Shown piece after piece: positions 58,181 through 64,000 of a DNA stretch of 64,000 bases; positions within the stretch are counted from its first letter, which is position 1, and each line of letters starts with the position of its first letter. The translations under genes were made by a program, and so were the position numbers. Below the pieces are notes generated by a model, which saw only the letters and a program-made list of their open reading frames with translations, was not told where the DNA came from and ran no database searches. The stretch comes from Dehalococcoidia bacterium (GTDB lineage Bacteria; Chloroflexota; Dehalococcoidia; Bin125), in the NCBI GenBank assembly GCA_963555985.3, contig OY820591.1, forward strand, positions 3,072,001 through 3,136,000. The letters are read 5' to 3'.

Positions 58181-58344
58181 GAGGCCTTTGCAAAATCCCC
58201 ATATCCGTGATTCCTGCGCAGGCAGGAATCACGAAGCAACCAAGTGTGAAACCACTCCCAATCTGGTCGTACCACCGACCTCAGATTGCGCGATCCGCTC
58301 CTCCGAGGCAGCAGTCGCACGAGCTGGACTTTCGCAAAAGCCTC
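58181..58344. mobile_element. MITE with GAGGCCTTTGCAAAA terminal inverted repeats and 6-bp target duplication
   Basis: CGAAGG|GAGGCCTTTGCAAAA ... TTTCGCAAAAGCCTC|CGAAGG; homologous to 63002-63189. Confidence 0.85.
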
Positions 58345-58482
58345 CGAAGGCGGGGAGCTAGGGTGAGGGGAGACCCCGCACCCCCCAATTCCACCTAACT
58401 CGATACTGAGTTAGGATACCCAGCGTGCCCGATGCGCCCTCGCACGGGCGGGCGCGATCCAGAGGACGAACGACGAGCGAAT

Positions 58483-59100
58483 ATGCCCAGCAACAGCGGA
58501 ATCCCTCAGTCCTTCGGCATCCTGATGACCTTCATCCTGCTGGCGGCAGGCGTCTTTGCGCTAGTCGGCTTCGCCGTCTACAAAGGCGCCGACCGCAACG
58601 TGGTTGAAGCCAAAGCACACTCCGAAGAAGCCGCCGTCGAGGGCTGGGAAACCGGCCTCTTCTGCGTCGAAGCGGGTCAGGAAGACGACCCCGCGCTCTC
58701 GGAGACGACCTTCGCGCCCGAAACCTGCGCCGCGCAGAGACAGTTCACAATCGAAGAACTCGACGCAGAAGCGGAAGCGGCGGCGGCCTACGACGCCTCA
58801 GCCGCCAGGGGCGCGGAACTCTACGTCGCCAACGGCTGCCAGGTCTGTCACGGAGACCTGGGTGAGGGCATCGTCGGCCCCACCATTGCCCAGACCGGTC
58901 TCGACATCAGAGGCGTACTGGAGCAGTACCGCAACCCGCGCGGGATCATGCAGCGCTTCTGGCCCGAAGACGTGACCCCCGAGAACGTCGCCGACATCTG
59001 GACTTGGCTGCAATCCCTACCCGCCGTCGAAGAACTGATCGATCCCAACAGCGACGCCCTGGGTCACGAGAACTACGGTCAGTGGGCCACTGCTGAGTAG
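58483..59100 (+). CDS. membrane-anchored c-type cytochrome
   Basis: N-terminal TM, CQVCH heme motif, GP, downstream Met (RGIM). Confidence 0.85.
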   Translation: MPSNSGIPQSFGILMTFILLAAGVFALVGFAVYKGADRNVVEAKAHSEEAAVEGWETGLFCVEAGQEDDPALSETTFAPETCAAQRQFTIEELDAEAEAAAAYDASAARGAELYVANGCQVCHGDLGEGIVGPTIAQTGLDIRGVLEQYRNPRGIMQRFWPEDVTPENVADIWTWLQSLPAVEELIDPNSDALGHENYGQWATAE

Positions 59101-59247
59101 CGCCGAGCCCCTACCCCCCCCTCGTCCTGTTCCGCCATTCCTGCACTTTGCCAAGCGCTGAACAAGCCGGACCCCTCTCCTCCCGCTCTCTGTGTGCGGC
59201 GAACTCAACGCACACTATCCTCAAAGCGTGAAAGGGTGGATGGTGCA

Positions 59248-59556
59248 ATGGCCGAACTCGGGATTCCGCGACGAGGTATTGATCGCTTGCCCCTGATCAG
59301 GCTGTTTCAGCGTGACGGATTCGCGGAGGACGTAGCGGAAGAAACGGCGACAGAGATCACCACCATCGTCACCGACCAGACGGACGGTCATCTCACGAAT
59401 GATCAGATGACCCCCTACATGGAGCGGATCGCCAAGTGGATCGCGGAATCCGAAGCGCGGCAGCAAGAGTTCGTGATCAAAGCGATGGGCATCAGTATCG
59501 CGTTCCTCTCGATCGAACTCGCCATCTTTGGCACTGTCATTGCCTTGGTCGGTTGA
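59248..59556 (+). CDS. small membrane-tailed protein (DUF1640-like)
   Basis: LFQRDGFAEDVAEE helix, short coiled coil, C-terminal TM. Confidence 0.5.
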   Translation: MAELGIPRRGIDRLPLIRLFQRDGFAEDVAEETATEITTIVTDQTDGHLTNDQMTPYMERIAKWIAESEARQQEFVIKAMGISIAFLSIELAIFGTVIALVG

Positions 59557-59630
59557 ACCGGACGTGCTGACCCCGATCACCTCTCAGCTCGTATCCGCCC
59601 CATACAAGGGGCGTACGCAAGGAGTTCGCC

Positions 59631-60389
59631 ATGGGCCACTACGAATCCCCTGAAGACGCTTACTCGGCCTTCTTCGAACGCTTCAACGCCAAAGACGCCC
59701 AAGGCTGGGCGGGAGTCATGTCCTATCCGCATGTGCGGGTCTCGGCAGCCACCATCTCTCCGAACATCAAGAACACACCTGAGGAGTTCGAGTCCGCGGC
59801 CTCATGGGAACCCGTTGAGCGCGCCGGTTGGGCCCGGACGCAGCCCATCACGCCGCGCGTCGTGCACCATTCGTCCGACAAGGTCCACTTCGCCGGCGGC
59901 TGGACTCGATTCCGTGCCGACGGCTCCGCCATCAGCCGGAATCGGGTCCTGTACGTTGCGACCGAGATGGACGACGGCTGGGGCATCCAGGCGAGATTTG
60001 GAATCGAGGGCTGCCTCGAGGGCGAGGACGCCAGCGAATCGAATCAGGCGGCGATGGCGCTCATCGACCGCATGATGACCACACTCGCGGCCGGCGAAGT
60101 CGATGCCTGGCTGGATTGCTTCCACTACCCCAATGTCATCGTCTTCGCCCCTGGCCAACTGGAGTACTACGAGACGCGTGAGGCAGTGGATCAGGCGTAT
60201 CGAGAGTATGCCAGCGCCGCCATACCGATCTCGCACGACTCACGGATCACGGCAACGGGACCGAGAGCCGCGCTGGTCGAACAGTCGATCACGCAGGGCG
60301 GCGACTACTTCGAGCAGTCGTTCCTGATCGTCGAACGCGACGGAGTCTGGGCCGCGTCGGCGGTCTCGGCCGTGCGGCCCGACGGGTAA
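59631..60389 (+). CDS. hypothetical protein with two NTF2/SnoaL-like halves, copy 1
   Basis: AAGGAG RBS; FFERFNAKD...YPH...KVH...TRFRADG...GWGI; second half repeats the pattern. Confidence 0.7.
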   Translation: MGHYESPEDAYSAFFERFNAKDAQGWAGVMSYPHVRVSAATISPNIKNTPEEFESAASWEPVERAGWARTQPITPRVVHHSSDKVHFAGGWTRFRADGSAISRNRVLYVATEMDDGWGIQARFGIEGCLEGEDASESNQAAMALIDRMMTTLAAGEVDAWLDCFHYPNVIVFAPGQLEYYETREAVDQAYREYASAAIPISHDSRITATGPRAALVEQSITQGGDYFEQSFLIVERDGVWAASAVSAVRPDG

Positions 60390-60399
60390 GGAGCATTCA

Positions 60400-61173
60400 G
60401 TGGGGCGCTACGAATCGCCCGAGGCAGCCTACTTCGCATTCCTCGAGACCTTCAACGCTCGAAACGCCCACGGCTGGGCCGGCGTTAACTCCTGGCCCCA
60501 CGCGCGCGTCTCCGCCGCCGCTCCCGACAGTTCCGTGCATTGGCGTCCGCCGACTCGCGTGTTCGCCGATGCGGAAGAGTACCTGTCGGCTCCGCTCTGG
60601 GACGAACTGGAGGCGACGGGCTGGGTTCGCAGCGAATCCTCGCCGCCGCGAGTGGTGCAGTCGTCCTCGATCAAGGCGCACATCGCCGGCGGCTGGACTC
60701 GCTACGACGCAGACGGCAAAGCGATGGCGTCGAACCGGATCGTCTACGTCGCCACCAAGACAGCGGAAGGTTGGGGTCTGCAAGCGCAGCTCAAGACCGA
60801 CAGCTTCGTTGCAGGAGTGAACTATGCCGCTGAGGAGCAGGCAGCGCTCAACGCCGTGGAATCGGCGCTGGCTCTGCTGGGCGCGCGCGAAGTCGACGCC
60901 TATGCCAAAGCGCTCGCCTATCCGTTCACGCTCGTCGGTCCGCCGGGCGTCGTGATCCAGATCGGCGCCGCAGAGGAGATGGCTGCTGCAATGCGAAGTG
61001 TCGGCGATGATCAACTCGATGCGCCGCCGGGCTCGGCGCGGATCGTGAACTGCGGACGCAGCGGTGCGAACGTCACGTTCAGCGTGGAGCGGGACGGGGC
61101 GGTGCAGGAGGCGTTGGCGTTGGTAGGGATACGCAACGGAGCCTGGCAGCTGCTGGCGATTTCGGGGATGTGA
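60400..61173 (+). CDS. hypothetical protein with two NTF2/SnoaL-like halves, copy 2
   Basis: AAGGAG RBS; MGRYESPE vs MGHYESPE, clearly paralogous to the upstream gene. Confidence 0.7.
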   Translation: MGRYESPEAAYFAFLETFNARNAHGWAGVNSWPHARVSAAAPDSSVHWRPPTRVFADAEEYLSAPLWDELEATGWVRSESSPPRVVQSSSIKAHIAGGWTRYDADGKAMASNRIVYVATKTAEGWGLQAQLKTDSFVAGVNYAAEEQAALNAVESALALLGAREVDAYAKALAYPFTLVGPPGVVIQIGAAEEMAAAMRSVGDDQLDAPPGSARIVNCGRSGANVTFSVERDGAVQEALALVGIRNGAWQLLAISGM

Positions 61174-61243
61174 GCGGTTTATCTGCTATGCGACTGAGGG
61201 GGTGGACTTGATGCACTTGCCAGGACTGCGTGGTGCGATGGTT

Positions 61244-62938
61244 CTAGGGCGACGAGAACGTCCAGCCACCCTCGCCGATATTGCGCGTGGTCGAGGTGAA
61301 GGCGACCAGACCCAGTTCGGTATTGAACTCGGCTTGGACGATGCTTTGCTCGAAGCGGCCGTTCTCGCCGCTGAGGTCAAGGGTGATGCTGAAGCCGTAA
61401 ATTTCGCCAATGCCGATGTCTTCGACCAGCAGCTCGGCTGCTTCTTTGCGCAGCAACTCGGCAACGACCGCGTGCAAAGCGTCCTCGGGCGCAATCCCGG
61501 CCCGCTCGAAGGTCAGCCGATAACTGATACCGCTCGCGTCCTCGCTGCGTTCGAGCCAGGCTCCGTCAAGCAGGGCGTGCAGCGGAGTGAGGTTGATTCG
61601 CCCCTCGTCTGCGAGAAATTCGTCCACCGTCCGATTGCGCGAGCCGATCAGAGCCAGATCGGTGGGTACCCATTGAGCAGCGCCCGTGTCCGGGTCGTCG
61701 GCCTCCGAGAGCCAGAGGCCGTCTCGTGTCCAGAGGAAGCGGAAGCTCACCCCTTCGTCCAGCACCGTCGCGGTCTCGAACTTGCCCTGCGAGAGCGAGC
61801 GCAAGATGAGCGTGTCGGCGCGGCGCGCTTCGCCCGCGATCATCGCCTCGATCGTGATCTCCAGAGCGAGCGCGTCGGCCTCGGCGAACCAGGCCTCGAC
61901 GAGCGCCAGCTGAGCCTCGGGCGTGAATGCGTCCGCATCCGGCTGGGCCGCATCCTCGCCGTTGGTAACGGGGCCGCCCATCAACTCCAGCACCGAGGGA
62001 TCAACCAGCGGTTCGGGTACGGGGAATTCCAAGGGCTGGTTCCACCGAAGCAAGCGCGTGCTGGAGCGGACCTGCGATTCAGCGCCGGATTCAGGGTCGG
62101 CGACGGTGAGATCGGAGTCAATCAGCAGGGGGGCGCCGGAGTCGCGGTCGATCACCATGATCATGCGCAATGCAACAAATTCGACGCCGCTGTCCGGCAA
62201 GCCCAGAGTGCTATTCGCGAGCTCGTCGGTGGCCGCCGTCATCGCTTCCGGGTCGATCTCGCAGTCGAGCATCCAGACGGGGCGGCCCTCGTAGGTGTCT
62301 TCGCGCACTTCGCCGTTCGCCGCGTCGAGACAATCGAACGAGGCCGCGAGTTGCTCCGGATCGGTGATCGAAGCCGGATCGAAGCCGGTCGTGCCGAGCA
62401 GGGCGGCGATGTCGAGACCCGCAACCGCGCCGAAGTCGACCCAGCCCTCGAACTGTTCCATCGAGAGATAGGCGCCGTCCTCAGAGAGCAGTAGCTGCAT
62501 TTCGTCGTCGCCGAGCATGGCCGCCAACTCTTCGGGCAATTCGACCTGAACCCAGATCGTGAGCGGCTCAACTTGCAGCGCGACATTGGTCACAGTGTTG
62601 AAGTCGATGAAGTCGGATTCGAGCTCGACCTCGACGCTGAGTTCGACTGTGGAGAGCTCGGCCGTCCACGCCTCCAGAGCGGCGCGGGCGGCGGCGTTGG
62701 CGCTGTCGGGGGCTGGCTGGGCTTGCGCTTGCTCGGTCTGGTTCGCCTGTGCGTCCTGTTGAACCTGCGCCTGCTGTTGCGGTCGGGGCTGGGGCTGCGC
62801 TGCAGTTTGGGCTTGAGTTTGTTGTTGGACGGTTTCTGTGGATTGGGGTTGGACAGCCTCATTGTCGCCACTGCACGCGATCACGAGAGCCGCTGCGAGC
62901 AGGGCAAGCGGCCGGAGCAGTTTCGACAGGATGCGCAT
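61244..62938 (-). CDS. acidic lipoprotein, possibly LppX/LprAFG (LolA-like) fold
   Basis: Lipobox VIAC, Gln-rich linker, beta-rich domains, WNQPLEFPVP. Confidence 0.6.
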   Translation of the reverse strand: MRILSKLLRPLALLAAALVIACSGDNEAVQPQSTETVQQQTQAQTAAQPQPRPQQQAQVQQDAQANQTEQAQAQPAPDSANAAARAALEAWTAELSTVELSVEVELESDFIDFNTVTNVALQVEPLTIWVQVELPEELAAMLGDDEMQLLLSEDGAYLSMEQFEGWVDFGAVAGLDIAALLGTTGFDPASITDPEQLAASFDCLDAANGEVREDTYEGRPVWMLDCEIDPEAMTAATDELANSTLGLPDSGVEFVALRMIMVIDRDSGAPLLIDSDLTVADPESGAESQVRSSTRLLRWNQPLEFPVPEPLVDPSVLELMGGPVTNGEDAAQPDADAFTPEAQLALVEAWFAEADALALEITIEAMIAGEARRADTLILRSLSQGKFETATVLDEGVSFRFLWTRDGLWLSEADDPDTGAAQWVPTDLALIGSRNRTVDEFLADEGRINLTPLHALLDGAWLERSEDASGISYRLTFERAGIAPEDALHAVVAELLRKEAAELLVEDIGIGEIYGFSITLDLSGENGRFEQSIVQAEFNTELGLVAFTSTTRNIGEGGWTFSSP

Positions 62939-63001
62939 GGGAACCTTCTCCGCTACCAGATATGTACTGAGCATAAGCGGAGAGAGCGATCCCCTCCTTC
63001 G

Positions 63002-63189
63002 GAGGCCTTTGCAAAATCTCCATGTCCGTCATTCCCGCGCAGCCTGCCCCTGGCCTGAACAGGGGGCGGGAATCACGAAGCAACCAAGTCCGAAGCCACC
63101 TCCACAGCTGGCCGTACCACCGACCTCGCATCGCGCGATCCGCTCCCCCAAGCTCCAACGCGCCCACAAGAGACTTTCGCAAACGCCTC
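63002..63189. mobile_element. MITE, second copy, with 6-bp target duplication
   Basis: CCTTCG|GAGGCCTTTGCAAAA ... TTTCGCAAACGCCTC|CCTTCG; carries an extra AGCCTG module relative to the 58181 copy. Confidence 0.85.
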
Positions 63190-63256
63190 CCTTCGCGGGG
63201 ACAGGCTCCGCGGCGAGCGCGGGTATGGCGATGTTGGGAACGGGTGAGGGGCGCGC

Positions 63257-63631
63257 TCAGCCGTAACCCAACTCGCGCTGGACCCGTTTCGGCAAACCCT
63301 TCGCCACCAGGCGGTGGCTGTCTTCGATCAATTCTTCGATCTCGTCTTCGGGCATATCGCCGCCGAGATCTATTGAGATCCAGTGCTGCTTGCTCAGGTA
63401 CGCCGGGCTGCTGACCGCTTCGTACTGTTGGTGGAGGACGGGCGTGAGTTCCGGCTCGACTTTGATGCTGATGGCGGCAGTCTCGCGATCGGTGGTGCCG
63501 CCTCCCAGGAAGCAGAAGATTTTGCCTTTGCCGCCTTCGCCGATCTTGTAGACCAGATCGTCTTCCCAAGGCGTGTCGGGCCAAGCGCCGGGCAGGTTGG
63601 CGCAAATAGCTGCTGCGTCGTCACGATGCAT
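63257..63631 (-). CDS. MmcQ/YjbR family protein
   Basis: KIF, PAYLSKQHWISI, LIEDSHRLV. Confidence 0.88.
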   Translation of the reverse strand: MHRDDAAAICANLPGAWPDTPWEDDLVYKIGEGGKGKIFCFLGGGTTDRETAAISIKVEPELTPVLHQQYEAVSSPAYLSKQHWISIDLGGDMPEDEIEELIEDSHRLVAKGLPKRVQRELGYG

Positions 63632-63634
63632 GGA

Positions 63635-64000
63635 CTAGCTCGATTCTGCGCTGAGGAAGCGGCGGGGAACGTCTCGCATCATCAGGTCGATGGTCTCTTG
63701 CGCTACGCCGTCGGCGATGAGCGCGGGGATGGCGGTGGTGGTCAGAAAGAGGTAACGAGTCGGATGGTCGCGCGGGATTTCCGGGCGCGCCGCGTAGTCG
63801 TGACCGAGCATCAGCTTGTCCGCCCAGCCGCGCTTGATCAGCTCTTTGACGGTCGCGTTGCGGGCCACCCAGTTGGGGCGCTCGACGCCGGTTTCGGGGC
63901 CGGGATAGCGATCCATCGAGATGTAGACGCCGGTATTGAGCAAGTCTTCGATGTAGTCGGCGTTGACGGTATCGGCGGTGTGACCGATGCAGATCCGATC
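63635..64000 (-). CDS. phosphotriesterase-family protein, 3' part (starts outside window)
   Basis: DRICIGHTAD...YISMDRY...LMLGHD...PRRFL. Confidence 0.8.
   Translation of the reverse strand, partial: DRICIGHTADTVNADYIEDLLNTGVYISMDRYPGPETGVERPNWVARNATVKELIKRGWADKLMLGHDYAARPEIPRDHPTRYLFLTTTAIPALIADGVAQETIDLMMRDVPRRFLSAESS

Overview
High-GC bacterial window. The gene content points to a Chloroflexi/Dehalococcoidia (SAR202-like) organism, which is an inference: several luciferase-like monooxygenases, tandem paralog expansions, hrcA-grpE-dnaK-dnaJ-prmA with a CIRCE operator, split transketolase, fbp/aldolase, moaA/moaC, folC-fabF and purA. Most of it is housekeeping and catabolic genes. Interspersed accessory material includes an orphan DNA methyltransferase beside a four-gene esterase array, a Dam/PD-(D/E)XK restriction-modification-like pair, an NYN nuclease behind a promoter and a structured RNA leader, a HEPN gene next to hicB, orphan antitoxins and an IS30 element. 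The intergenic DNA holds nested palindromic repeats: CGTC-type and CTCTCCCC-type hairpins, a 23-24 bp AGCCTG-hairpin module inserted into them, MITEs inserted into the CGAAGG hairpin loop with 6-bp duplications, and an IS30 whose transposase takes its stop codon from the target repeat. I found no tRNA, rRNA or CRISPR array. All family calls are from motif recognition by eye, not database searches.
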